A DNA stretch of 64,000 nt from Vibrio sp. (GCF_048266485.1 NZ_JBLWZK010000008.1:39763-103762), one strand, 5' to 3'. Positions 10,668 through 20,551 are shown, counted from the first letter of the stretch. The notes: a model not told the origin generated them from the sequence alone. A program made the numbers and translations.

Positions 10668-11516
10668 TTAAGAATGCTCATTGATATCAATTAAGGTTTC
10701 GAAACGAGGGTTACCTCTTAACATTTCAAAATCAGGCTCATCAGAGGCCAGCTCTCGAAGTGATGCACTTGATTCAATAGCTAAGACAAGATCATTAATC
10801 GCTTGCTCTTCGGCACCGAGTCGAGAATAAGCACAAGCACGTTGGTATAGAGCATGACCGTTATTATCATCCACTTCGAGTACTCGATTACAAATACTCA
10901 AGGCCCAATGGTATTCATTAATTTCCATCGCGGAATCAGCTTTATGAGTTAATGCTTCGAGATCACCTGGGCGAATTTTTAAAATTTCATCATAGGTTTC
11001 AATTTTTTGCTCTGGAGTCTGAGCACTCTGTGCACGAAGCCATAAGTTATGTACTTCATTAATAATTTCAATTTCGCGGTTGTTCTCTGTAATGATTCGT
11101 GTCTTACGTTTTAAATCACGCTCTAAGGCACTAAACTTTTTCTCATAAGACATGGTGATTTCATTAAGACGCTTATCAGCCATTTCTTTGGTGTTGTGCT
11201 TAATCTCTTTCAAAGACTGCCAACCGACTAGTGCTACCAAAGAAGCAACACCAGCAATGATATAGAAAAAGTAAGTCACGGTAATATTGGAATAGTTGAG
11301 AGATTTATCTGCGACAGCCAATTCACGGTCGGTAATTTGTACCGTCAAACGACGCTCTAAATCTTGTTGTTCTGTCCGCAATGATTTTAATTCATCGAGA
11401 ATATAACGCTCCATTAAGGGACGATCGAGCATTTCCGTTTCTGAGTATTTTTTCGCTTCATTTGCTAGCGTCTGAAATGACAATAACGATATTAGTACAA
11501 TCCATAACCATTTCAT
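10668..11516 (-). CDS. Membrane-anchored TPR-repeat protein
   Basis: Signal peptide, one TM segment, a coiled coil, then TPR repeats (ALYQRACAYSRLG). Confidence 0.8.
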   Translation of the reverse strand: MKWLWIVLISLLSFQTLANEAKKYSETEMLDRPLMERYILDELKSLRTEQQDLERRLTVQITDRELAVADKSLNYSNITVTYFFYIIAGVASLVALVGWQSLKEIKHNTKEMADKRLNEITMSYEKKFSALERDLKRKTRIITENNREIEIINEVHNLWLRAQSAQTPEQKIETYDEILKIRPGDLEALTHKADSAMEINEYHWALSICNRVLEVDDNNGHALYQRACAYSRLGAEEQAINDLVLAIESSASLRELASDEPDFEMLRGNPRFETLIDINEHS

Positions 11517-11630
11517 AATTTTGCCTTATTATATTATTGTTTTTCACCAACAAACCTTAACATAATTACAGCGAAGTTATATACCCAAGTAACTTTATCC
11601 CACACTAAAACAAGGGATAGAGCTAAAATT

Positions 11631-12164
11631 CTAATGATCAGTACTTTTTAAACACTGGTCGGCAATCAACTGCAAGAGAAAGGTTTCTCGGTCAATCGAC
11701 ATCCCTTTTTTATCACTTAGTTCAATGGTTTTTAAGTTGTGCTCTATCGCTTGTTGAATGTTAATCCAAACAGGCTTCATACCATTATTAATTTCATGCG
11801 ATTCAAAACATGTATCCCCTAACCTATCATCAACTTCACAGGTATAACAATAAGACAGCATGTGCATCACATTGGCATCACCTTTATACCATGGACGAAA
11901 CTCTTCATAACAACCGAACGCTTCAATATTACGAATATTCTGTGCACCCGTTTCTTCTTGTAGCTCGCGGATCATGCCCTCTACTTTGTCTTCACCAGAA
12001 TCTAATCCTCCACCAGGCAGGCTGTAGTCGTGGTAGCGTTCAGTATAAAGTAGAAGAATACTCTCACCTTTCATGGCAATCGCACGTGTAGCTAAGCGTT
12101 GAATAATCGATTTAGATTCTAACTTTTTCACATCTGGATGTACGGTACTTCGTAGTAATTTCAT
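11631..12164 (-). CDS. NUDIX hydrolase
   Basis: Nudix box GGGLDSGEDKVEGMIRELQEETG. Confidence 0.9.
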   Translation of the reverse strand: MKLLRSTVHPDVKKLESKSIIQRLATRAIAMKGESILLLYTERYHDYSLPGGGLDSGEDKVEGMIRELQEETGAQNIRNIEAFGCYEEFRPWYKGDANVMHMLSYCYTCEVDDRLGDTCFESHEINNGMKPVWINIQQAIEHNLKTIELSDKKGMSIDRETFLLQLIADQCLKSTDH

Positions 12165-12193
12165 TAACTTTTTTCTCTTTAAAAGAGTTCAGA

Positions 12194-12901
12194 TCATTTA
12201 ATATTAAAATCGGCCACAGACTCAATACACATTGCATCATGGCGCCAAAATTCAAACTCACAATCAAGCAACATTCCATCTTGGTTATAACGTATTTTTT
12301 CTACAAGCGTTGCAGGACTCCCCGAAGTGGCACGTAAAGCCTGAGCAATGTCCCCCATTAAAGAAGAAGCGGTAATGCGATATCGAATTGCTTGGTACTC
12401 TTGATGGTAGTGCTGACGATATATTTCAATAAGTGAAGTGCTTAAGTCATGCTCAAGCAGGTTAGGAAATAAATTCGGATGAGCATAAGTCGTCACAAAA
12501 GCTACCGGACGATCATCCAACAAACGTACCCGATCAATACAATAAACATTGCTAAAAGGTTTCAGATTTAATTGTTTCGAAGCTTGCTTATTAGCCAACA
12601 TGGATTTAGCGGTAATCAACTTTGTTTCCGGTTTAAACTTCTGAGCGAATGCCATTTCAGTAAAGCCTACCACTTGATTAGGGTTATAAATCAACGGCTC
12701 TGGTGAAATAAACCAACCACGTCGGTCTTCTCGATACACTTTACCTTCTGCTTCCAATAAAGATAATGCCTCTCTTAAAGTCACCCTAGTCGTATCAAAA
12801 GATTCGGCTAATTGGCGCTCTGATGGTAATTTCTGCTTAGGTAGTAAAAGACCTGACTCTATTTGCTCAACAATAGCATCTTTAATTTTTACATATTGCA
12901 C
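12194..12901 (-). CDS. phnR: GntR/HutC (UTRA) regulator, PhnR-like
   Basis: MQYVKIKDAIVEQIESG...KLPSERQLA...YREDRRGWF...EFWRHDA resembles Vibrio PhnR. Confidence 0.8.
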   Translation of the reverse strand: MQYVKIKDAIVEQIESGLLLPKQKLPSERQLAESFDTTRVTLREALSLLEAEGKVYREDRRGWFISPEPLIYNPNQVVGFTEMAFAQKFKPETKLITAKSMLANKQASKQLNLKPFSNVYCIDRVRLLDDRPVAFVTTYAHPNLFPNLLEHDLSTSLIEIYRQHYHQEYQAIRYRITASSLMGDIAQALRATSGSPATLVEKIRYNQDGMLLDCEFEFWRHDAMCIESVADFNIK

Positions 12902-13214
12902 TGGCTAGCCTATCACCCTATATGTCAAATAATGTTCTTAGTATTTATACAAGTCTTGTATATAAGATAGTAACTTATTTATTTTATACAGGACAGTTTC
13001 AAATTTTTACTCAAACCAAGGCAACCAAGGCTCCATAACGATGAGAAACTAAAAACATTCTGTTCAATAGAGTTGATTCCACAAGTTCTGTAAGTGACTC
13101 AATATGCGTAGAAAGCTTTAAATCCGTTGATACAAATGTTGATTGTCACCTAACTCTATTAGTGTCGTTGTATACAAATAACACCTTCCTTATAGTGCCT
13201 TAAAAATAACAATA

Positions 13215-13234
13215 GGGGCTGAAAAACAGCCCCC
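13215..13234 (-). terminator. Terminator downstream of the NCS2 permease
   Basis: GGGGCTG-AAAAA-CAGCCCC hairpin followed by a T-rich tail on the minus strand. Confidence 0.65.
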
Positions 13235-13288
13235 ATATAATGCACCATGAAGAAATATAACAGGATAGTATTATTAAAAATGGATAGA

Positions 13289-14596
13289 TTAATGTCCTGC
13301 CACAATCTTAAAATAATAAATCATTGCGATTGCAATAAGGTACACGGACCAATGATCTTCTTTAAAACGTCCCGTAATTAATTTCAAAAATGCGTATACA
13401 ACTAATGCAGCAGCGATACCATTACCAGAATTAAAACTAAAAATCGTCATAGCAATGCAGACAAAAGCAGGTAAATACTCCGTAATATCTTCATAATTAA
13501 TTTTACGCAATGACGTCATCATTGAAAAACCTATATATACAAGAACCGGAGCAGTGGCAACCGTCGGAATCATTGTAGCGAGTGGTGATAAAAATAGCGT
13601 TAGTAAAAATAATGCTGCTGTCACTATACCAGTAAAGCCCGTTTTCCCTCCAGCTTCAACACCCGCAGAGCTTTCTAAATATGTAGTTAATACTGGACAT
13701 GAAAATAATGCCCCAAAAGTGGTCGCGGTCGAGTCCACATGAAAGTTTTTTTCGATACCAGGCAAATTACCTTTATCATCTAAATAACCAGCTTGTGCGC
13801 CTACTCCTAATAATGTTCCCAAGGTAGAGAAGAAATCTGGAATAAAAAACGCTAATAAAAATGGAATGTATTTAACATCTAATGCGCCCAAAATATCCAA
13901 TTGAAAAGCCATATCACCAATATTTTGTGGCATAGCTATAACTGATTTTGGAAGCTGTGTAATTCCTAGAGGGATGCTAATTACTGTTGTAATTAAAATA
14001 GCTAATATAATTCCACCACGAATTTGACGGGTAGTAAAAAAGAGCACAAGAAAAAAACCTATAAAACCAACAATGGCGGGCGTTGAAGTTAAATCACCAA
14101 AATTCAATACATTTTTACTCGCATTAGCAACAATAATGCCTGCTTGTTTCAGCCCAAGAAGCGCAATGAATAAGCCTATACCGACACCTACGGATATTTT
14201 AATTCCATGTGGAATCACTCGAACAATAAAGTCCCTCACCCCTAAAAAAGAAACCAACATAAAAAGTACACCGCTGATAAAGACAATACCTGATGCAATC
14301 TCTAAAGGAACCCCGCCACCAACGAGAGTAAATGAGAATATAGCCACACTCCCCAAACCTGGTCCTAAGACAAAAGGTCTATTTGTATATAGTGCCATAG
14401 CTATGGTCGTAATAACGGTCATCAAGACAGTTACTGTCATTGCTTCTGCAAATGGCAAGCCAGCTTTACTTAGCATTCCAGGTACAACCGCAACTATATA
14501 GGCCATCGTAGCAAAGATTGTAAATCCCGCTATTATTTCCGTTTTAAAGTTTGTTTTATATTTTTCAAATTCAAAAAACGCTTTTATCTTTTCCAT
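13289..14596 (-). CDS. NCS2/AzgA-type nucleobase permease
   Basis: TMAYIV, PGLG, FFSTLGT, TYLESSAGVEAGGKTG and SFNSGNGI motifs typical of AzgA/GhxP purine permeases. Confidence 0.9.
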   Translation of the reverse strand: MEKIKAFFEFEKYKTNFKTEIIAGFTIFATMAYIVAVVPGMLSKAGLPFAEAMTVTVLMTVITTIAMALYTNRPFVLGPGLGSVAIFSFTLVGGGVPLEIASGIVFISGVLFMLVSFLGVRDFIVRVIPHGIKISVGVGIGLFIALLGLKQAGIIVANASKNVLNFGDLTSTPAIVGFIGFFLVLFFTTRQIRGGIILAILITTVISIPLGITQLPKSVIAMPQNIGDMAFQLDILGALDVKYIPFLLAFFIPDFFSTLGTLLGVGAQAGYLDDKGNLPGIEKNFHVDSTATTFGALFSCPVLTTYLESSAGVEAGGKTGFTGIVTAALFLLTLFLSPLATMIPTVATAPVLVYIGFSMMTSLRKINYEDITEYLPAFVCIAMTIFSFNSGNGIAAALVVYAFLKLITGRFKEDHWSVYLIAIAMIYYFKIVAGH

Positions 14597-14626
14597 TGAA
14601 TTATATTCCTATTCCATCAAGAATTA

Positions 14627-15721
14627 TTAGTTTCTATATTTAATTTGTTGTGCTTCCGGTCTAGAGTGGCAAAAGCTCAATTGTTTATAATATTCATCAA
14701 ACTGCAGCCCCCACTTATCTATCCATTCCTCTTTTTGTTTTTTAGGTAACCAACTAGATTTCAAACTATTGATAATAAAAGTTTTCAAACTCATGACATC
14801 GAAACCTAAATCTTCCACCATGGTACGATAACAATTAACACTGTTAGTATTATGCATATGCCAATCGTCAGTACATGGCACGATATTTAAACCAGCCTGA
14901 GCCATGGCTCGGATAGGATGGTTGTTTTTCCATTCGTTAAAATCTGGCCATTTATTTAAAAAATAAGTGTTTGATGGTACAACTGTAAATGGAATTTGAG
15001 ATTGAGCGTACTGGCGTGTTAGTTCTTTATTTTCAATAATGCTATAGCCATGATCGACTCGGTCAATACCAATCAATTCAATACCTGATTCAACATTTCT
15101 CCAATGTAAACCAAACTCCGAACAGTGAGCCGTTAATTTATAACCATGTTGTTTTGCTAAACGATATGCTTTCCAAAATTGCTCAACGGGGGCGTCATGT
15201 TCTTTATAATCAATACCGATACCAATTACATAAGGGTGTGGGTGAAGCAGCATAGTTTCGACCATTTCAACTGCAACTTCTGGGGTTTTCTCTCGATTAA
15301 TTGATGGTATCAAACGAATGACAATACCCCATTTTTCATAAGCATCATCAATCGCTTGTACTAAGGAGTTATTCACACATTGATATTGAAGCGACGTATC
15401 ACTAGGGTTCCAAAATGTTTCAATATACAAAACACCACATGTGTGGGCATCTTCTGCAACTTCCAATAAAACACGATAATAATCTTCAGGCTGCTTCATT
15501 AATTGATACAAATACGTCAATGCTGCAATTCCACCTTTCGTAGACCCCGTTTCACTTTGGTATTCACGGTAATAAGTCTTTGCCTCATTTTCAGTCAAAG
15601 GTTGGTGATATTTTTGAGCTAAATCCAACATAGTTGCCATTCTTACACCACCAAGGAGGTGATAATGAAGATCAGCTTTAGGGATATGATGTATAAATTC
15701 GGTTAATGTGAGTTTCTTCAT
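14627..15721 (-). CDS. Adenosine/adenine-deaminase-like amidohydrolase
   Basis: PKADLHYHL (HxH), TAHCSE, RVDHG and CTDD metal and catalytic motifs. Confidence 0.85.
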   Translation of the reverse strand: MKKLTLTEFIHHIPKADLHYHLLGGVRMATMLDLAQKYHQPLTENEAKTYYREYQSETGSTKGGIAALTYLYQLMKQPEDYYRVLLEVAEDAHTCGVLYIETFWNPSDTSLQYQCVNNSLVQAIDDAYEKWGIVIRLIPSINREKTPEVAVEMVETMLLHPHPYVIGIGIDYKEHDAPVEQFWKAYRLAKQHGYKLTAHCSEFGLHWRNVESGIELIGIDRVDHGYSIIENKELTRQYAQSQIPFTVVPSNTYFLNKWPDFNEWKNNHPIRAMAQAGLNIVPCTDDWHMHNTNSVNCYRTMVEDLGFDVMSLKTFIINSLKSSWLPKKQKEEWIDKWGLQFDEYYKQLSFCHSRPEAQQIKYRN

Positions 15722-15784
15722 TACATTTGCACCAATAAAAGCAATCGATTGCTTAAGTGTGCAATGTATACGAACTTATGAGAA

Positions 15785-15820
15785 ATGCCTTTATTGATAT
15801 GGCAATGCCATTTCGGCATT
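15785..15820. promoter_or_regulatory. Paired LysR binding sites upstream of the deaminase
   Basis: Perfect AATGCC-N5-GGCATT at 15804-15820 plus a degenerate ATGCC...GAT copy at 15785-15799. Both fit T-N11-A. Confidence 0.6.
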
Positions 15821-15865
15821 ATTTAATAAACTTAGTGCCTAAACAGTATGAGGAAAATGATCTAT

Positions 15866-16771
15866 TTAACTTAAAGACCAACCTTCTTGAACTTGTTTTG
15901 TTAGTTGTTTCCAAAATGTTTCCCCCTGATCGCTGAGTCGACTTTGATTTCGATAAACTCTCATTTGGTACGGCACACACCACTTCTCAGTATTAAAAGA
16001 GAATAATTGACCATTTTTAAGCTCATCAATAATCAAATTACTAGGCAACCAAGCGAGTCCTTTCCCTCTCATCGCCATATCCTTGTGCAATTGACACATC
16101 GATGATTCAAAACAGGTTTTAAAAGAGAATCCAAAATCAGTACCTACATGGCTCTCAATCAAACGAGCACTATAGCTCTCTGATGAGTAACGTAATAATG
16201 GTAACGTACTTTCTAAAAATGGATTGAATATAGGGTGTCCTGCTTTATCAACAGCTGACACTAATAGAAAGTGTCCTTTCCCAACTGGGATATTTTGAAA
16301 TGGGGGTTGTAAGAGCTCCATAACATCAAATGCAAATAAAATATCGCTTTGTCCATCTATCAAAGATTGACTTGCTTGATCAACTCTAAGTACATCAACA
16401 CTATATGGTAACTCATAACCAACATGGACTTGTTCTACTAAGTTCATTAATGATGGAGAAGCTAAAGAGTGTGGTGTGGCAACTTTTAATGGCGTAAAAA
16501 GTTGTTGTTCCATACCTTTTAACTGGGTTAGACCATGCTCAAGTTGTTGGACTAAATTTCTCGCAGTAGTCCTAAATTGCTTACCGGCAGGAGTTAAACT
16601 TATAGGGTGTGTTGTTCTATCAATAAGCTGTAATCCAACAGCTTCCTCCAGTGCTTTAATATGTCGCCCAAAAGCGGGTTGAGTGATAAACCTAGCTTCA
16701 GCAGCTCTCGAAAAATTTTTCATTTCACTAAGAACTATAAAGTCTTCTAGCCATTTAGTATCAATACTCAT
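15866..16771 (-). CDS. LysR-family regulator (HypT/QseD-like)
   Basis: MSIDTKWLEDFIVL...NFSRAAEARFITQPAFGRHIKALE. Start reassigned to 16771, which has an RBS (GGAAGAG). Confidence 0.9.
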   Translation of the reverse strand: MSIDTKWLEDFIVLSEMKNFSRAAEARFITQPAFGRHIKALEEAVGLQLIDRTTHPISLTPAGKQFRTTARNLVQQLEHGLTQLKGMEQQLFTPLKVATPHSLASPSLMNLVEQVHVGYELPYSVDVLRVDQASQSLIDGQSDILFAFDVMELLQPPFQNIPVGKGHFLLVSAVDKAGHPIFNPFLESTLPLLRYSSESYSARLIESHVGTDFGFSFKTCFESSMCQLHKDMAMRGKGLAWLPSNLIIDELKNGQLFSFNTEKWCVPYQMRVYRNQSRLSDQGETFWKQLTKQVQEGWSLS

Positions 16772-16789
16772 TAACTCTTCCATAAATAA

Positions 16790-16820
16790 AAAACGCCCAG
16801 CACATAAAGCACTAGGCGTA
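16790..16820 (-). terminator. Intrinsic terminator after yqaE and the MITE
   Basis: Minus strand ACGCCTAGTGC-TTTAT-GTGCTGGGCGT followed by a T tract. Confidence 0.7.
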
Positions 16821-16825
16821 GTATA

Positions 16826-16988
16826 TACACCCAAGTCATTTCAAGGTGCGAGTTTCAGCAAGAGCAAAACAAGCTTTCATACCGAGTCTGATCGATTTGA
16901 AAGCTGCTTACATCCCTTCGTCAATCATCCTTGCCTAAAGCCTTGGGTGATAACTCTGAATTCTGCATCTTGAAATCACTTGAGTATA
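16826..16988. mobile_element. MITE-like element of about 163 bp with ERIC-type TATA(C) ends
   Basis: 24-bp terminal inverted repeats TACACCCAAGTCATTTCAAGGTGC / GCATCTTGAAATCACTTGAGTATA (20/24 match). Non-coding and intergenic. Confidence 0.8.
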
Positions 16989-17011
16989 GTATCATCTGTT
17001 CTTCTTTACTG

Positions 17012-17173
17012 TTATTTAGTCACAAGCCATAAAGCATGAATCATCGCTGGGAAGAAGAACAAGAAACACAATATTACGTTAATCAGTAGATCTTTACCTA
17101 CACCACACTTCAAAAATACAGCCACAGGTGGAAGTAATACCGCTAAAATAATTGCAACTAATTTATTATCCAT
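17012..17173 (-). CDS. yqaE: YqaE/Pmp3-family small membrane protein
   Basis: MDNKLVAIILAVLLPPVAVF...INVILCFL...HALW. Start at 17173. Confidence 0.88.
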   Translation of the reverse strand: MDNKLVAIILAVLLPPVAVFLKCGVGKDLLINVILCFLFFFPAMIHALWLVTK

Positions 17174-17280
17174 GTTCCATCTCCAAAATATCAATAATTA
17201 TTTATTATCAGATAGTTAAGTAAAGTTATCTAGTAAAATCAACTAAATTAGAAAACTTTTATTGTTTCCAAACCAAGCTC

Positions 17281-17679
17281 TTAAATAATTGACCAACTAT
17301 GTGTCATCGTAACACTCGCCCCAAGCATTAAACAAACCGAACAATATTTCTCTAGTGATTCCGACACGGCTTTTTCTATTAGTGCTTCATCTAATTGTTC
17401 ACCAGTTAATTCAAAGTGAATGTTAATCTCGGTAAATACTTTTGGTGCAGTTTCTCGACGCTCACCAGTCAGCTTAGCAACACAAGTTTTAATTTTTTGT
17501 CCTGCACTTTTTAGACTATCAACCACATCAACTGAGCTGCAACCCCCCGCCGCCATTAATACCATCTCCATTGGACTTGGTGCTGTTTTTCCGCTATTAC
17601 CATCCATCACAACAGAATGACCAGACTGTGACTCACCGATAAACTGAAAACCATCAACCCATTTTACTTGTGCTTGCAT
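17281..17679 (-). CDS. OsmC/YhfA-family protein
   Basis: PSPMEMVLMAAGGCSSVDVV and KYCSV motifs. Confidence 0.88.
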   Translation of the reverse strand: MQAQVKWVDGFQFIGESQSGHSVVMDGNSGKTAPSPMEMVLMAAGGCSSVDVVDSLKSAGQKIKTCVAKLTGERRETAPKVFTEINIHFELTGEQLDEALIEKAVSESLEKYCSVCLMLGASVTMTHSWSII

Positions 17680-17699
17680 ATTGTTTCCTTTTAATAACT

Positions 17700-18098
17700 T
17701 TAGTATTTCTTAACGATCGTTTGGCCAATTGGTGCCAATGAAATAACCGCTAATTTAATGTGTTGAATGCCAAAAGGAATACCGATAATTGTCACAAAAC
17801 AAGCTAATGCTGATGCTAAATGCCCTAGTGCCAACCAAATACCAGCAAAAACAAACCACACAACATTACCAAGCATTCCTAAAAAGCCGGTACCAATATC
17901 TTCTTTAAAGGTTAGTTCATTTCGCTTAATGGCTTCTTTGCCAAACGGAAAAAAGGTAAAAGTTCCAATAATAAAGCACGATTTAGCCCAAGGAATGCAG
18001 ATAATCGTTAAAATACAAATCAGACCCGCTAACCACCAAAACAACCCCATGAATACGCCACCCAATAGAAACCATAAAATATTACCAATCGTGCGCAT
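17700..18098 (-). CDS. yccF: YccF-domain inner membrane protein
   Basis: MRTIGNILWFLLGG, repeated as LGNVVWFVFAG. IIGIPFG motif. Start at 18098. Confidence 0.85.
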   Translation of the reverse strand: MRTIGNILWFLLGGVFMGLFWWLAGLICILTIICIPWAKSCFIIGTFTFFPFGKEAIKRNELTFKEDIGTGFLGMLGNVVWFVFAGIWLALGHLASALACFVTIIGIPFGIQHIKLAVISLAPIGQTIVKKY

Positions 18099-18207
18099 GT
18101 AAACCTCGTTATTTATACGTTGAAGCGAGAATTCTATCGGCTCGCTTAACACATCATTTTAAATTAATACCAAACCCTATAAGAAAGTGATCTAAATATT
18201 AAATTCA

Positions 18208-19575
18208 TTAACCAGTCAGAACGTTATCTTCTGGGTATTTCAATAAAGTTGGCTTTGGTTTTGCTAACATATACGCCAAAGTCAAAGGGCCGATACGGCC
18301 AATAATCATGATCACTACCATGATATATTTGCCAGACTCTGATAACTCTGCGGTTAATCCGGCCGAAACCCCTACTGTTGCAAATGCTGAAATAGTTTCA
18401 AACATCACTTTATCAAAACTGGCTTTTTCAGTAAGCATCAATAGAAACATAGATCCCGTTAATATAATACCGCTGACTACAATAATCGCTAATGCACGAG
18501 TCACTTTAGGCCAACTGACCGTTCTACGGAATAAAACCGCATGTTGATTTTGCTTTAAAAATGCCCAAGTTGCGACAATGGCAACCACGAACGTAGACAC
18601 TTTAATGCCACCCCCCGTTGATGCAGAACCAGCACCAATTAGCATTAAAATAATCATAATAAGCAAAGCTGGCTCAGTTAATTGTGAAATATCAATACTA
18701 TTAAAGCCAGCAGTACGTGCAGTTGCTGATTGAAAAAAAGCGGCTAGCCATTGTCCACCTTCAGTTAAATTTCCCATTGTTGCAGGGTTATTGCGCTCCA
18801 ACAACCAAAACATAATGGTGCCAAATAGTAATAAAATAGGCGTCGCCGTTAACATGATTTTGGTATGTAGATTAAAACCACGAAATCCACGACGCCAATT
18901 AGCACTGACATCAGTAATAACGGTAAAACCAATACCACCAATGATAAATAAACCGGCAAGAGGAAAGGTAATCGCTGGATCTGCTACATACCCCATAATA
19001 CTGTCAGAAAATAGAGAGAAACCGGCATTATTAAACGCTGAAACCGAATGGAACAAGGAATAATACAGCCCTTTATTCCAACCCATCTCAGGTACCCAAG
19101 TAAAGGATAGAATCACCATACCAATGAGTTCTGCCATACAAGCGAAGATAATAATCTTCATGACCAATTTCTTCAGATTAACATGCTTACTTTGACCTAA
19201 AGCTTCTTTCGCTACCGCTTGCTGTTTTAAGCTCAAACGGACACCAAAGATGTAAAGAAGAACTGCCGATAACGTCATTTGACCGAGACCACCGATTTGC
19301 ATCAGTAGCAGCAATAATATTTGCCCCTCGATAGTAAAGTGTTGCCCGGTATCAACCACACCTAAACCAGTCACACTAATCGCAGACGTTGCAGTAAAGA
19401 GCGCATCAGTAAATGACAAACCAGACACAGAAAAAACAGGGAGAGTCAGTAATACTGCCGCAGGCATTAAGATAGAAAGAAAGCTACCTAGTATAATTTT
19501 AGGTTCAGACCAGCCTTTTTTCTCACCATCTTGTTTAATGGTAAAGACTGAACCTTTCACTTCTAATAACTTCAT
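18208..19575 (-). CDS. ktrB: KtrB K+ uptake membrane subunit
   Basis: Four selectivity-filter segments: TATSAISVTGL, SAFNNAGF, ARTAGF and SAFATVG. Confidence 0.93.
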   Translation of the reverse strand: MKLLEVKGSVFTIKQDGEKKGWSEPKIILGSFLSILMPAAVLLTLPVFSVSGLSFTDALFTATSAISVTGLGVVDTGQHFTIEGQILLLLLMQIGGLGQMTLSAVLLYIFGVRLSLKQQAVAKEALGQSKHVNLKKLVMKIIIFACMAELIGMVILSFTWVPEMGWNKGLYYSLFHSVSAFNNAGFSLFSDSIMGYVADPAITFPLAGLFIIGGIGFTVITDVSANWRRGFRGFNLHTKIMLTATPILLLFGTIMFWLLERNNPATMGNLTEGGQWLAAFFQSATARTAGFNSIDISQLTEPALLIMIILMLIGAGSASTGGGIKVSTFVVAIVATWAFLKQNQHAVLFRRTVSWPKVTRALAIIVVSGIILTGSMFLLMLTEKASFDKVMFETISAFATVGVSAGLTAELSESGKYIMVVIMIIGRIGPLTLAYMLAKPKPTLLKYPEDNVLTG

Positions 19576-19585
19576 AGATAGCCTA

Positions 19586-20248
19586 TTACATCGATTTCAT
19601 TTTATGAGTCATGATATCTTGCGGCCCGACAATGAATAAAATATCGCCCATTTCAAGGTTTGTATCATATTCTGGTGAATCAATAATTTCAGGCCCACGT
19701 TTAATCGCAAGCACCTTCATATCAGGATCTTTACACAAGGATAAATCTCTCAATTTTTTCCCCATATTTTTAAGTGCAATAACGATTTCAGTGATAGCCA
19801 AGCCACTACCGATATCATGGAAATCAAATACTCGACGATCTAGCATTTGACGAGCAACTCGAATCCCCATGTCTCTTTCAGGTAAAATTACATGATCAGC
19901 ACCAATTTTCTGTACGATTTTAGCGTGAAATTTATCGTTAGCCTTAACCCAAACATTTTTTGCTCCTAACTCTTTAACTACTAGAGTCGTTAAAATACTG
20001 GCATTCACATCTGAACCAATCGCCACCATTACCATGTCATATTCTTCAAGCTTTAACTCTTGCGCTGTTTCTTCATTGGTACAATTTGCCACGATCGCAT
20101 TGGTAGTAATAGAAGAGACACTTTTCACTTTTTCTTCATTGATGTCGATTGCAAGTACCTCTGCGCCTGCATCACATAACTCTTCACATACTGAACGCCC
20201 AAAACGTCCTAATCCAATAACTGCAAACTGTTTAATTGAAGATTTCAT
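19586..20248 (-). CDS. ktrA: KtrA RCK-domain subunit
   Basis: FAVIGLGRFG Rossmann motif and PERDMG. Adjacent to ktrB. Confidence 0.93.
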   Translation of the reverse strand: MKSSIKQFAVIGLGRFGRSVCEELCDAGAEVLAIDINEEKVKSVSSITTNAIVANCTNEETAQELKLEEYDMVMVAIGSDVNASILTTLVVKELGAKNVWVKANDKFHAKIVQKIGADHVILPERDMGIRVARQMLDRRVFDFHDIGSGLAITEIVIALKNMGKKLRDLSLCKDPDMKVLAIKRGPEIIDSPEYDTNLEMGDILFIVGPQDIMTHKMKSM

Positions 20249-20551
20249 ATTTTGATATAGCCTTTCAAATTAATGAACATTAAGAAATAATGAAAAAAGA
20301 TCGATAAACCCTATCAACTCTTTCTTTTAACGCCAACTCGTTATTAATCAAAAATGTAAACCTCGCTTAAGCTAGCTTCATTTTTAACACTCATGGCTAA
20401 ATGTTTGTATTTTCTATCATAAAAAATCGAACCAATACGTAATCTGCCCTAAGAAAAAGAATTATTGATCTAGTTAATGATAAGAGTAGGAATAAACTAA
20501 GATATTTGTTAGCTTAACGCCCAATTAATCATCGTTTCACAGGTAATCACT

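Noticed and set aside
16683-16973. 96-aa plus-strand ORF spanning the LysR start and the MITE
   Set aside because: It is antisense to the LysR gene and runs through a non-coding repeat. Not a transposase.
20249-20551. Riboswitch upstream of ktrAB (c-di-AMP type)
   Set aside because: AT-rich with no recognisable aptamer motifs.
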